From assembly GCA_040218735.1 (NCBI GenBank), contig JAVJQW010000023.1:640001-704000 (forward strand): DNA of 64,000 nt. The letters are read 5' to 3'. Of the stretch, positions 9,486-18,938 are shown in pieces. How positions within the stretch are numbered: position 1 is the stretch's first letter; every line of letters begins with the position of its first letter. The translations under genes and the position numbers were made by a program. The stretch is from Deltaproteobacteria bacterium (lineage in GTDB: Bacteria; Myxococcota; Kuafuiibacteriia; Kuafuiibacteriales; Kuafuiibacteriaceae). Below the pieces are notes generated by a model. The model made no database searches, was not told where the DNA came from, and saw only the letters and a list, made by a program, of their open reading frames with translations.

Positions 9486-10531
9486 GGTGTCGGTATGCAG
9501 GCGTCCGTCGCCCAGCCCTCGCGGCGATCACACACCGCATCTGTCCGCTGCGGACAAGTCCCGTCGCTCGCGCAGTCGACGAAGCACACGCCAAAGTCAC
9601 CGTACGGCTGACACGTCGAGCCCGTCGGACACGGCGTCGCTTCGGGTGTTCCGGAGCAGATCTGCGCGCACATACCGCACGGGAAGCCCCAGCCGAGCTC
9701 GGAGAAACAAACCTCGCCCATGCCGCAGTCGACGGTGCTCTTGCAGCGGCCGCCCATGCGCGAACCGACCTGCTGCAACGGCGTGGACGCGCAGCGGCCC
9801 GTCGCGCGATTGCAGTACCAGGTCCCGTCGCGGGGATCGCAGTCGATGACGTCGTCGCGGCAGTCCGTCACGCACACGCCGTTCGCGCCGGGCACGACGG
9901 CCTCCACGCAGTGCGCGTCGGGGCGACACGACGGGTCCGCCTGACACAGCTGGAGGCACCCCGTAGGCCCGTTGGGGAACTGAAAACACGCGCTGCCGAC
10001 CGGGCACCCGGACGTTTCACACGGTGAGATCGTGCAGTAACCCCAGAACCCCGGCGCCTCGTCTCTTGTCCAACAGGTCAGTCCGTCCGCGCAGGTGGTG
10101 TCGTCGGCGCACGCGCCGCCGACGGGCTGGTTCGGCGCGGGCGGAGGGCCACCGTCGTAGCGGCACGAGCCCGCGTCGGGGAGGTCGTCGCCGTCGCAGA
10201 CACGCGGACGATCCGTGGTGTCGAGGCACGGCGCACCGTTCGGGCAGCCGGCCTTGTCGCAGCAGTAGATCGGTTGGCCGACGGCGCGACAGACGCCGTC
10301 GATGCACCCCACGCCCTGCGGGCACTGGCACGAGAAGCGACACGTGAGGTCGCCCGCGTCGCGCGGCCCCGCGTCGCGGGGGAGGATCCCCGAATCGCGC
10401 GGGCCCCCGTCGCGGGCCACGCCGACGTCCCGCGGAGGGCCGCCGTCGCGCTCCGCGCCGCCGTCGTCGCCGCTCGAACACGCACAAAGCGCGAGCAGGC
10501 ACCAGGACCATCGGTACACGCGGCGCGTCAT
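9482..10531 (-). CDS. Cysteine-rich lipoprotein (myxobacterial type)
   Basis: Lipobox LCAC, RDGG/RDAG linker, many Cys-rich modules; stop overlaps polA GTG start. Confidence 0.75.
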   Translation of the reverse strand: MTRRVYRWSWCLLALCACSSGDDGGAERDGGPPRDVGVARDGGPRDSGILPRDAGPRDAGDLTCRFSCQCPQGVGCIDGVCRAVGQPIYCCDKAGCPNGAPCLDTTDRPRVCDGDDLPDAGSCRYDGGPPPAPNQPVGGACADDTTCADGLTCWTRDEAPGFWGYCTISPCETSGCPVGSACFQFPNGPTGCLQLCQADPSCRPDAHCVEAVVPGANGVCVTDCRDDVIDCDPRDGTWYCNRATGRCASTPLQQVGSRMGGRCKSTVDCGMGEVCFSELGWGFPCGMCAQICSGTPEATPCPTGSTCQPYGDFGVCFVDCASDGTCPQRTDAVCDRREGWATDACIPTP

Positions 10532-10651
10532 GGTTCGGGCGTATCGTACCGCAACGCGCCCATTCGCCCACACCGTCGACCCGATCTTCCGGACGAGTTC
10601 CATTGCGAGGACGGTGGAGAGCAACGACAATCACGCAAGTTCGCGCGCCCC

Positions 10652-13399
10652 ATGTCTTCCGAAGGAGTTCAACGCTTTGGCCCCTACATCATCCTCGATC
10701 GCATCGGGGACGGTGGCATGGCCGAGATCTTCCTCGCCAAGCTCCAGGGGTACTCGGGGTTCGAGAAGCTCCTCGCCCTGAAGAAGATCCACCCGCGCTA
10801 CTCGGAGAACGAGACCTTCGCCCAGATGCTCATCCACGAGGCGAAGCTCGCGGCGAGCCTCCAGCACTTCAACGTCGTCCAGGTCCACGACCTCGGGGAG
10901 ATCGACAAGCAGGTCTTCGTCGCGATGGAGTACGTGCGCGGGCGCGACCTCGCCGCGGTGCTCTCCACGGCCTACCGACGCAAGGAGCGTCTCCCACTGA
11001 ACCTGTCGCTGTGCATCGCGACCGAGTTCATGACCGGCCTCGACTACGCCCACCGCATGCGCGCGACCGACGGCTCGCCGCTCGGGCTCATCCACCGCGA
11101 CATCTCCCCGCAGAACATCCTCATCTCCTACGAGGGCGAGGTGAAGGTCACCGACTTCGGCATCGCGCGTGTGCTGTCGGAGAAGGACGGCTTCAAGCTC
11201 CCCGGCAACCTGCACGGCAAGTTCGGCTACATGTCGCCGGAGCAGGTGATGGGCAAGGAGATCGACCAGCGATCCGACGTCTTCTCCGCGGGCGTCGTTC
11301 TCTGGGAGATGCTCACCGGCCAGCGCCTCTTCCGCGGCAAGGACCACAAGGCGACGATCAAGCTGATCGTGTCGCACGCGATCCCGCCGCCGTCGTCGAT
11401 CAACGACGAGGTCCCGCCGTCCGTCGATCGCATCTGCCACAAGGCGCTCGCGCGCGATCGCAACGCGCGCTACCAGACGACCGGCGCGCTCCTCGGTGAG
11501 CTCTCGCGCGCCGCCGACGATCTCCCCCGCCGCGCCGCGACGCGCGACCTCGCGGTCTACATGCGCCGTCAGTTCGGCGCGCAGTCCGGGCTCTACACGG
11601 CGAGCCGCCCCCGGGATTCGAAGAGCAACCTGTCGGCGCACAGCGGCTTCGACGGGACCAACACCGGTATCTCGCAGCTGTCGGGCTTCTCGGTCACGAG
11701 CGGCGACCGCCTCCCGCTCGGCCAGGTGCTGATGGAGCAGTCGGCGATCACGATGCAGGACCTGGAGATCGCGCTCGCGGAGCAACGCGCGCGGGGTGGT
11801 CGCATCGGCGAGCTGCTCGTCGCCTCCGGCAACATCTCGGAGGACGACCTCGCGCGCGCCCTCAGCACGCAGTCCGGCTCGCCCGTGATCGCGGAGAGCG
11901 ACCTGCTCGCTCTGCCGCCCCCGACGAAGCTGCTCAATCGCTTCCCGCGCGAGGCGGCCGAGGCGACGCTGATCATCCCGACGTCGATCAACGAGGAGCG
12001 ACGCTCGGTGAGCCTCGCGGTGTGTGATCCGTACGACGAGCGCGCGATCCTCGAGACGAAGGTCGTGCTCGGCGTGAACGACGTCGACGTGTTCGTCGCC
12101 AAACGCACGGCGATCCGCGGGCTGATCCAGTCGTGGTACGGCGACGAAGTCGTCGAGGCGGCGCCCGAGATCCAGATCCAGGAGCCGATCTTCATCGAAG
12201 CCCCGGTCGAGGCCGAGCCCGCCGGTCCGCCGATCGTGTTGATCGCCGACGCCGACACCTCCGTCGCGGACGAGCTCGTCGCGCGCATCCAAGAGGAGGA
12301 GTGCGAGGTCGTCGTCGCCAACGACGGCAAACGCGCGCGCACCCTGTGTCGCGAGCGCACACCGACCGTCGCGTTCCTCGACGCCGCCCTCCCGGGGATC
12401 GACGGCTACAACATCCTGCTCGAGCTGCGCGCGAAGAACGCGGACGCGGCGGTGTTCATCACCTCGAACCGCGGCGACGACTTCCGTCAGGCGAAGGCGC
12501 TCGAGCTCGGCGCGGACGACTTCATCGTGAAGCCGCTGTCGATCGAAGTGACGACCTCGAAGATCCGTCGCGAGATCCAGAAGCGGTCGTCGGGGCGCAA
12601 AGTCGTCGCGCCGACGGTGCAGTTCGAAGGCGTCAGCGGATCACTCAAGGACATGACCGGGCTCGACATCATGCAGAGCTTGGAGATCGGCAAGAAGACC
12701 GCGCACGTCGTGCTGCAGTACGAAGACGGCCGCAACGGCGAGCTCAACGTCGACGACGGCCACCTGCGCGGCGCGATGTGCGGACCGCTCCTCGGCGAGG
12801 AAGCCTTCTACCGGCTCGCTCGGCCCGGCGCGGGGCTGTTCCGCATCGAGTACCGCGACTCGCCGGTGCCGAAGAACATCGGCAAGCCGAACACGTTCCT
12901 GATGATCGAGGCGATGCGCCGGCTCGACGAAGAGGTTCGTGACAGCGACATCCCCGACGAGCCGGAGCTGCCGGTCGTCGAACCACGCGCGCCGTCGGGT
13001 GTCGACCTCCCGCTGGTCACCCCCGTCGAGGCCATCGTCGAGCAGTCGGCGGCGGTGCAGGGCCTCGTGGACGACCTCGTCCTCGAACCGCCGAAGGAGA
13101 TCCCGGTGACGCGCCTCCCGGAGCCCATCGCCAAGGTCGACTCGAAGTTCGGACGTGAGTTCCCACCCGAGGCGACCCCAGCCGGCCACGAGCTCGGCGA
13201 AGCGCTCCGCCGCCTGTCCGGCGAAGACGAGCCGAGCGCCCCGCGCCCCCGCGGCGAACGCTTCACCGCACGTGACCGCGAGAAGACGAAGGTCATCGCG
13301 CGCGTGCCCCTGCGTCGCGTGAAGTCGTTGTCGAAGTCCGACGACGACGATCCCTCCGAGACCATCACCGCGGACGTCGAACCCAACGCCCGGAACTGA
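10652..13399 (+). CDS. Ser/Thr protein kinase fused to MshEN (GSPII_E N), receiver (REC) and DUF4388-like domains
   Basis: GDGGMAEIF, HRDISPQN, DFGIA, YMSPEQ; RIGELLVASGNISEDDLARALSTQ; FLDAALPGIDG...GADDFIVKP; SGSLKDMTGLDIMQSL...NTFLMIEAMRRLDE. Confidence 0.88.
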   Translation: MSSEGVQRFGPYIILDRIGDGGMAEIFLAKLQGYSGFEKLLALKKIHPRYSENETFAQMLIHEAKLAASLQHFNVVQVHDLGEIDKQVFVAMEYVRGRDLAAVLSTAYRRKERLPLNLSLCIATEFMTGLDYAHRMRATDGSPLGLIHRDISPQNILISYEGEVKVTDFGIARVLSEKDGFKLPGNLHGKFGYMSPEQVMGKEIDQRSDVFSAGVVLWEMLTGQRLFRGKDHKATIKLIVSHAIPPPSSINDEVPPSVDRICHKALARDRNARYQTTGALLGELSRAADDLPRRAATRDLAVYMRRQFGAQSGLYTASRPRDSKSNLSAHSGFDGTNTGISQLSGFSVTSGDRLPLGQVLMEQSAITMQDLEIALAEQRARGGRIGELLVASGNISEDDLARALSTQSGSPVIAESDLLALPPPTKLLNRFPREAAEATLIIPTSINEERRSVSLAVCDPYDERAILETKVVLGVNDVDVFVAKRTAIRGLIQSWYGDEVVEAAPEIQIQEPIFIEAPVEAEPAGPPIVLIADADTSVADELVARIQEEECEVVVANDGKRARTLCRERTPTVAFLDAALPGIDGYNILLELRAKNADAAVFITSNRGDDFRQAKALELGADDFIVKPLSIEVTTSKIRREIQKRSSGRKVVAPTVQFEGVSGSLKDMTGLDIMQSLEIGKKTAHVVLQYEDGRNGELNVDDGHLRGAMCGPLLGEEAFYRLARPGAGLFRIEYRDSPVPKNIGKPNTFLMIEAMRRLDEEVRDSDIPDEPELPVVEPRAPSGVDLPLVTPVEAIVEQSAAVQGLVDDLVLEPPKEIPVTRLPEPIAKVDSKFGREFPPEATPAGHELGEALRRLSGEDEPSAPRPRGERFTARDREKTKVIARVPLRRVKSLSKSDDDDPSETITADVEPNARN

Positions 13400-13478
13400 C
13401 GCGTTCGTCCTCGTGTGGACCAACGGTTCACACGCAACCCCAGCCAGAACCCGCGGCGACGGAGTATCCTCGAATGCG

Positions 13479-16001
13479 GTGCCGCGTCTTCGTCTCGAAC
13501 CGGTCCTCCTCCTCGCCGCCTGCGCGGCACCCGAGATCGACGTCGAGCCGCCACCGCCACCGCCCGCGCCCGCGCGGTGTGACGACGCGGTCGCCAAGGA
13601 GCGCGCGGACCTCGAGGCGCAGTACCGCGACACGGTGCACCCGCTCATCGTGCGACCGATCGCCGAAGGAGGCTGCGCCGAGTGCCACGCGCCGGGCACG
13701 AGCCACGATCTGATCGTCTGGCCCGACGACGCGGCGCGAACGTTCGAAGCGATGTGGGCGGTCGGCCTGCTCGACACCTCGGCGCCGCCGCGTTCGTTGC
13801 TCGCGGTGCTCGCCGAGGATGGCGTGCCGAGGATGCCGCTCGGCCGCGACGCGTGGCCCGAGGAGGAGCGCGCGGCGGTGGAGGCGCTCGCGTGTGATCT
13901 GAAGGCGAGCGCGATCGACGCACCGCCGGTGTGTGACGGGCCGCCGGATCCGGGGCACGTGCCGATCCGCAGGCTCTCCTCGACGCAGTACGCGACGACC
14001 GTCGCGTCCGCGCTCGGCTACCGTGGACCGATCTCCTTGGTGCCCGACGAGATTGCGTTCGGGTTCGACAGCGTCGCGGTCGCGCAGCGGCTCTCGACGG
14101 GACACGTCGAGCAGTACGCGGAGGCCGCGGAGCGGATCGCCGGCGACACGCTCTTCGTCGCGGACCCGCTCGAGCTGACGTACGAAGCGGAAGGTCTCGA
14201 CGCCTGGCTGTACAACGGCAACCGCCCCGGCACCGGACACGGCGGCCCCGTCGATACCGACGGCGACGGCGTGCGGGACGTCTATCACTTCCAGCGCATC
14301 ATCTCGTACGTGACGCCGGGGTTGGTGGAGGTCGAGTACCCGGGGCGCTACGCGGTGACGATGCGCGTGCAGGGCTACAACGCCGACCAGCGCGTGCGCC
14401 AGAACGACGTGCTCGTGACGACGGAGTCGAACGTTCCGCCGGAGCTTCGCGTCGACTTCGGGACTTCGTTGTTCCAGGTCGTCGAGGTCCCCGGTGACTA
14501 CCTCGAGTTCGGCCCGTGGATGGAGATCACGATGGTGTTCGACGACGTCCCCGCCGGACCGCACGAGATCCGCGTCGGGATGACGAACATGGGTTACGGC
14601 CCGAACCGTCAGCGCGACGTGCGGATGCGCCTCGACCACTTCTCGATCACGGGCCCGGCGCCGAACGAGCTCCCCGCAACGGATCGAATGCGCGTGGACC
14701 GCTACCTCGTGTGCCCCGACGGATCGGACCCGGCGTGTAACACCCGCGCGGTGGAGAACGTGCTCGCGACGCTGTGGCGACGCGTCCCGGACGCCGCCGA
14801 GGTCGAACGCTACGAGACGCGCCTGCTGGACGCCGTGCTCGACGACGACGGCACGTTCCGCGACGGGATGGAGCTGGTGCTGGAGGCGGCGCTGCTGTCG
14901 CCCCACTTCCTGTACCGCGTGGAGCTCCCGGGCCACCAAGCCGAGCGGGTGCTCGACGGCTACGAGCTCGCGACGCGCCTGTCGTACTTCCTGTGGAGCG
15001 GACCGCCGGACGCGACGCTCCTCGCGCGCGCCGCGGACGGGACGCTCCTGGATGACGCGATCCTCGAAGCCGAGATCGATCGGATGCTCGCGGACGAACG
15101 GGCCGACGCGCTGGTCCACGACTTCGGCGCGCAGTGGCTGGGCCTTCGGAGGCTCGACACCCTCATGCTCTCCGCGGAGGTCTTCCCGGAGCTCGACGAA
15201 GATCTGCGCCGCGACCTCGCGACGGAGCTGGAGCGTCTGCTCGACTACGTCATGCGCGGCGACCGCGACCTGCGCGAGCTCCTCGACACGGACGTCACCT
15301 GGGTCAACGACCGCCTCGCCGCACATTACGGGTTGCCGGCGCCCGGCACCGGCGAAACGTTCGTCGAAGTCCCCGTCGGCGACGCACCGCGCGGGGGCCT
15401 GCTGGAGAGCGGCGGCGTCCACGCGCTCACGTCCCACCCCGACCGCACGTCGCCGACGCTGCGCGGGAAGTGGATCCTCGACAACCTCCTCTGCCAGCCG
15501 CCGGCCGAGCCGCCCGCGGACGCCGACACCAACATCCAGCGCCCCGGCCTCGAAGACCTCACGCTGCGCGAGCGACTCGAGCAACACCGCGTCGACCCGG
15601 CGTGCGCCGCGTGCCACGCGATGATGGATCCGCTCGGCATGTCGATGGAGCACTTCGACGCGCTCGGCCGCTGGCGCACGACGGACGACTTCGGCGACAC
15701 CGTGGACCCCACGGCCGAGATGCCCGATGGCACCGCGGTCACCGGACACACCGACGTGCTGACGTGGCTCGATACGCAGCCCGCGTTCGATCGCTGCGTG
15801 ACGAAGAAACTCGCGACCTACGCGCTCGGTCGCGACCCAACCACCGTCGACGCGTGTGCGCTCGACGCCGTGCGCGACACGTGGACGCAGGGCGACCGCT
15901 CGCTGCGCGGCCTGGTGAAGGCACTCGCGACGAGCCCGGTCTTCCGTGCTCGGCGCGACGAACGCACCGGTGAGTACGACCACCTGACGGGAGGACCGTG
16001 A
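13479..16001 (+). CDS. DUF1592/DUF1588/DUF1585/1587/1595-domain lipoprotein with two CxxCH motifs
   Basis: Lipobox LLAAC, CAECH, RRLSSTQY, LLSPHFLYRVE, ELATRLSYFLWSGPPD, TSPTLRGKWI, CAACHAMMDPLG; start uncertain (13413-13479). Confidence 0.85.
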   Translation: MPRLRLEPVLLLAACAAPEIDVEPPPPPPAPARCDDAVAKERADLEAQYRDTVHPLIVRPIAEGGCAECHAPGTSHDLIVWPDDAARTFEAMWAVGLLDTSAPPRSLLAVLAEDGVPRMPLGRDAWPEEERAAVEALACDLKASAIDAPPVCDGPPDPGHVPIRRLSSTQYATTVASALGYRGPISLVPDEIAFGFDSVAVAQRLSTGHVEQYAEAAERIAGDTLFVADPLELTYEAEGLDAWLYNGNRPGTGHGGPVDTDGDGVRDVYHFQRIISYVTPGLVEVEYPGRYAVTMRVQGYNADQRVRQNDVLVTTESNVPPELRVDFGTSLFQVVEVPGDYLEFGPWMEITMVFDDVPAGPHEIRVGMTNMGYGPNRQRDVRMRLDHFSITGPAPNELPATDRMRVDRYLVCPDGSDPACNTRAVENVLATLWRRVPDAAEVERYETRLLDAVLDDDGTFRDGMELVLEAALLSPHFLYRVELPGHQAERVLDGYELATRLSYFLWSGPPDATLLARAADGTLLDDAILEAEIDRMLADERADALVHDFGAQWLGLRRLDTLMLSAEVFPELDEDLRRDLATELERLLDYVMRGDRDLRELLDTDVTWVNDRLAAHYGLPAPGTGETFVEVPVGDAPRGGLLESGGVHALTSHPDRTSPTLRGKWILDNLLCQPPAEPPADADTNIQRPGLEDLTLRERLEQHRVDPACAACHAMMDPLGMSMEHFDALGRWRTTDDFGDTVDPTAEMPDGTAVTGHTDVLTWLDTQPAFDRCVTKKLATYALGRDPTTVDACALDAVRDTWTQGDRSLRGLVKALATSPVFRARRDERTGEYDHLTGGP

Positions 16002-16002
16002 G

Positions 16003-17355
16003 ATGACGAAGGTGAACCGTCGAACGATGCTCCGCGGCGTGGGGGCCTCCCTCGCGCTCCCGTTCCTGCCGAGCCTGCTGCCGAAGCGCGCGTGGGCGCA
16101 GGCCGCGACGCCGCCGAAGCGGCTGCTCTACTACTACGTGCCCAACGGGATGCTCCGCGCGAAGTGGACGCCCGCGCAGACCGGCCCGGACTACGCGCTG
16201 ACCGAGCTGCTCGCGCCGCTCGCGCGTCACAAGCCGGACATGACGGTGGTGAGCGGACTGGACAACGCTCCGGGGCTGCGTCGCGACGGCGACGTCGGCG
16301 GCGGCGCGCACTTCCAACAGACCGCGTCGTTCCTGACGTTCGAGCACATCCGCCAGGAGGTCTTCGCCGCCGGGAAGTCGGTGGATCAGATCGCGGCGGA
16401 CGCGGTCGGCGACGCGACGGCGTACCGGTCCCTCGTGCTCGGAACGTCGGGCGGGAGCTCCAGCGGCGTGTGCGCGGGCAACGACTGGCCCTGCGCGTAC
16501 ATCGGGCACATCTCCTGGGCCGACGCGACGACGCCGATGGCCAAGTACGGCAACCCGCGTTCGCTCTTCGACGTCCTCTTCGGCGCGGCCAACGCGAGCG
16601 CGGAGGATCGGGCGAAGCGTTTGTCGAACAAACAGAAGGTCCTCGACGTCGTGCGCGACGACGCGTCGTCGCTGTCGTCGCGGCTCGGCAAATACGACCG
16701 CTACAAACTCGACCGCTACCTCACCGCGGTGAACGAGCTGGAGGACCGCGTGATTCGGCTCTCGAACGCGCCGGCGTGCGACGCGGGCGACGAACCCGAC
16801 TGGGGCTCCGGATACCTCGCGCGCCACGAGGCGATGCTCGATCTGCTGGTGCTCGCGTTCGAGTGCGACATCACGCGCATCGCGACGTTCATGACCGAGC
16901 AGGGCGGCAACAACAACCTCGGCCCGTACAGCTGGGTCATGCACGAGGGCACGCCGCTCACGGAGGCGTTCCACCCGCTGTCGCACCACTCCGGCGACCC
17001 GGTGAAGATCGCGAAGATCGCGGCGATCTGCCTCTGGGAGATGGAGGTCTTCGCGCGCCTGCTCGACCGGATGAAGGCGGTCGACGAAGGCGACGGCACG
17101 ACGCTGCTCGACAACAGCATCGTCTTCTTCAGCAGCGAAGCCGGCGAAGGCAACGACCACCGGCCGACGGACCTCCCGATCGTCCTCGCGGGCGGCGGGC
17201 AGGGCTCGGTCGTGAAGGGCACGCACCTCGCGTACGCGGCGCCGAACAACATCTACGCGGACCTGCACGTCGCGTTGTTGAACGCGTTCGGGGTCGAGCC
17301 GGGGCCGCTCGGTGAAGAGGAGCGGATGACGCCGCTGCCGGGGATCCTCGTCTGA
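16003..17355 (+). CDS. DUF1552-domain protein (Tat-exported)
   Basis: NRRTMLRGVGASLALPFL twin-Arg signal, YVPNG, SVDQIAA, AFECDITR, FHPLSHH, TLLDNS; usual partner of DUF1592. Confidence 0.88.
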   Translation: MTKVNRRTMLRGVGASLALPFLPSLLPKRAWAQAATPPKRLLYYYVPNGMLRAKWTPAQTGPDYALTELLAPLARHKPDMTVVSGLDNAPGLRRDGDVGGGAHFQQTASFLTFEHIRQEVFAAGKSVDQIAADAVGDATAYRSLVLGTSGGSSSGVCAGNDWPCAYIGHISWADATTPMAKYGNPRSLFDVLFGAANASAEDRAKRLSNKQKVLDVVRDDASSLSSRLGKYDRYKLDRYLTAVNELEDRVIRLSNAPACDAGDEPDWGSGYLARHEAMLDLLVLAFECDITRIATFMTEQGGNNNLGPYSWVMHEGTPLTEAFHPLSHHSGDPVKIAKIAAICLWEMEVFARLLDRMKAVDEGDGTTLLDNSIVFFSSEAGEGNDHRPTDLPIVLAGGGQGSVVKGTHLAYAAPNNIYADLHVALLNAFGVEPGPLGEEERMTPLPGILV

Positions 17356-17357
17356 CG

Positions 17358-17422
17358 GTCAGATGACGATCGCCATGCCGGGGTCCACGCCGTCGAGCGC
17401 TTCGGATCCCAGCATCGACTCG
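17358..17422. repeat. 65-bp exact direct repeat, copy 1 (3' end of HD-GYP gene; att-like island boundary)
   Basis: gtcagatgacgatcgcc...cccagcatcgactcg is identical to 21653-21717. Confidence 0.95.
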
Positions 17423-17423
17423 G

Positions 17424-18194
17424 TGTGGTGCTCCCCCTGACACCATGCAACGCGTTGTAGATTCTCTGCGCAGTACTCCCGCGGAGACTTGCAACCGAGC
17501 GCCTGACGGGGCCGTACGTTTGCTGCATCGATCGATCACTTCTCCGATCGCGCGCTTCGAATCTGCGTGCGACCAGTTGGGCTGCCACGCATACTCCTCT
17601 TTCAGACTCCTGAAGAAGCCTTCGAACAGCCGTTCTGCTCGGGCGTGTCCGGCGTGATGACCTCCTGCTTCATGCGAGTAGTCGCGACACATCGCGGAAG
17701 CGACGGCTCTGGCAGGTCAGGCCGCTCTCGCCTCGTACGAGCGGGGTGGGCCCCACTGGCCGAAGCGTCCCGCAGCGCTGGATACATGCTTGCCCGAGCG
17801 CTTGCTCCGCTTCGCATGCTCGGCCGTGCAGTGCGTACTCCAGCCGATAAGGTCGCGATCGTGACAATCAATGTGGGCGGCGAAATGTCCCCAACCCGTG
17901 CTCTCAGCAGGGGGAATGAAGTGCCTTCTATTGCCCATCGACGACCACTCGCTGGAGCGACACTGCGCCGTCCTCTCACACACGGTCGTGGGTTCTTCTC
18001 CCACTGAACATCGAACCTACCTTTGCGCACTAGAACGTGGTGCACGGCCTACTTATTGACCACAACGTTGTCCCGACACCCCCGGAAGACCGAAGTCGGT
18101 GATAGCCAATGTACCGTTCTTCGCCACCTGTCTTCGTCCTTACCGTGTCCGAGAAGAGCGGGTTGGGTGGTCTCACTCAGAGGGGAGCGAGAAT
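17424..18194 (-). mobile_element. Decayed, internally deleted IS3-family element (transposase pseudogene)
   Basis: Frameshifted rve fragments: VVVNK*AVHHVLVRKG, GWGHFAAHIDCHDRDLIGW, QEVITPDTPEQNG, FFRSLKEEYAWQ; end TGTGGTGCTCCCCCTGA at 17424 and an imperfect inverted copy TCAGAGGGGAGC near 18177-18188. Confidence 0.8.
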
Positions 18195-18196
18195 CT

Positions 18197-18265
18197 CGGC
18201 CCGTCGACCTCCGCGAGATTACAAATAACCGTGCGGCTGACCTTCGCGCCGGAAGAGTCGCGCAC
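18197..18265 (-). pseudogene. Diverged fragment of the HD-GYP gene C-terminus
   Basis: Translates VRDSSGAKVSRTVICNLAEVDGP versus VRNASGDKVRRTIIRNLAEVDGP in 21654-23096 (17/23 identical); 20-bp exact match 18198-18217 = 21730-21749. Confidence 0.85.
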
Positions 18266-18273
18266 ACAAGGAA

Positions 18274-18912
18274 CTACAGCCACCATCTGACTGGCGGGCC
18301 GAATGGGTCACACGGAAACATGTAGAGTAGAGCTTCCGATCGAGCGTCGATCAACTCGCCATTATAGGGCATCCCTGCGTCGGCGAAACGGCGTCGAATC
18401 GCGGCCTTGGTTTCCTGTTCGGAGGAGTTGATTCCGCAAAGATCGAACGAATGCTCGGGCTGGAAGAAGACAAGAAAGAGATCTCGGTCCGGGATCCACT
18501 TCGAGTGGGGGAACGGGTAGCATGGCGCAAAAACATTCAGGAACATCCGCATGCCCGAAAACTCGAACTGCCAGTCTGGCGCAAGAACGTCTGCGGCGAG
18601 GCAACGTCGGCATGACTCATCTTCCGAGGCCAATCCAAAGAGAAGATCGCGAAATCCAACGCGAACTGATTCGAAATCGCAAGCTGCAGCACCCAACCTC
18701 ACCTCGGCGCAGAACCCATGAAGAGTTGCCGCGCGATCGAAGAGAACAAATCTCCCAAGCTCCCGTGCAATTATTGAGTAATTAGTCAACACCGACAGGG
18801 AGTTATCCCAGGCTGGGGACCTCCAAATGCGCGCCCCCTCGGCGAACGGGCACAACGTTCTTTCCTGCAACCGACTGAATGCGTCGGCGTGAGAGTCTTG
18901 CTTGGTTGGCAT
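18274..18912 (-). CDS. YqcI/YcgG-family protein (putative heme-thiolate guanidine N-oxidase-like)
   Basis: LCPFA, WQFEFSGMRMFLNVFAPCY, HSK, VFFQPEHSF, AAIRRRF motifs; AAGGA RBS 8 nt upstream; lower GC. Confidence 0.75.
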   Translation of the reverse strand: MPTKQDSHADAFSRLQERTLCPFAEGARIWRSPAWDNSLSVLTNYSIIARELGRFVLFDRAATLHGFCAEVRLGAAACDFESVRVGFRDLLFGLASEDESCRRCLAADVLAPDWQFEFSGMRMFLNVFAPCYPFPHSKWIPDRDLFLVFFQPEHSFDLCGINSSEQETKAAIRRRFADAGMPYNGELIDARSEALLYMFPCDPFGPPVRWWL

Positions 18913-18938
18913 TGCGGATATCCTTCAGTGAGAACAAC

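Noticed and set aside
4824-9611. Long antisense and alternate-frame ORFs (e.g. 4824-7688, 7692-9611; similar at 13428-15983, 33006-35204)
   Set aside because: Shadow ORFs from high GC3; they overlap well-supported genes and lack motifs
17424-18194. Active transposase responsible for island mobility
   Set aside because: Multiple frameshifts, a stop and an internal deletion; IS3 makes 3-5 bp target duplications, not 65 bp
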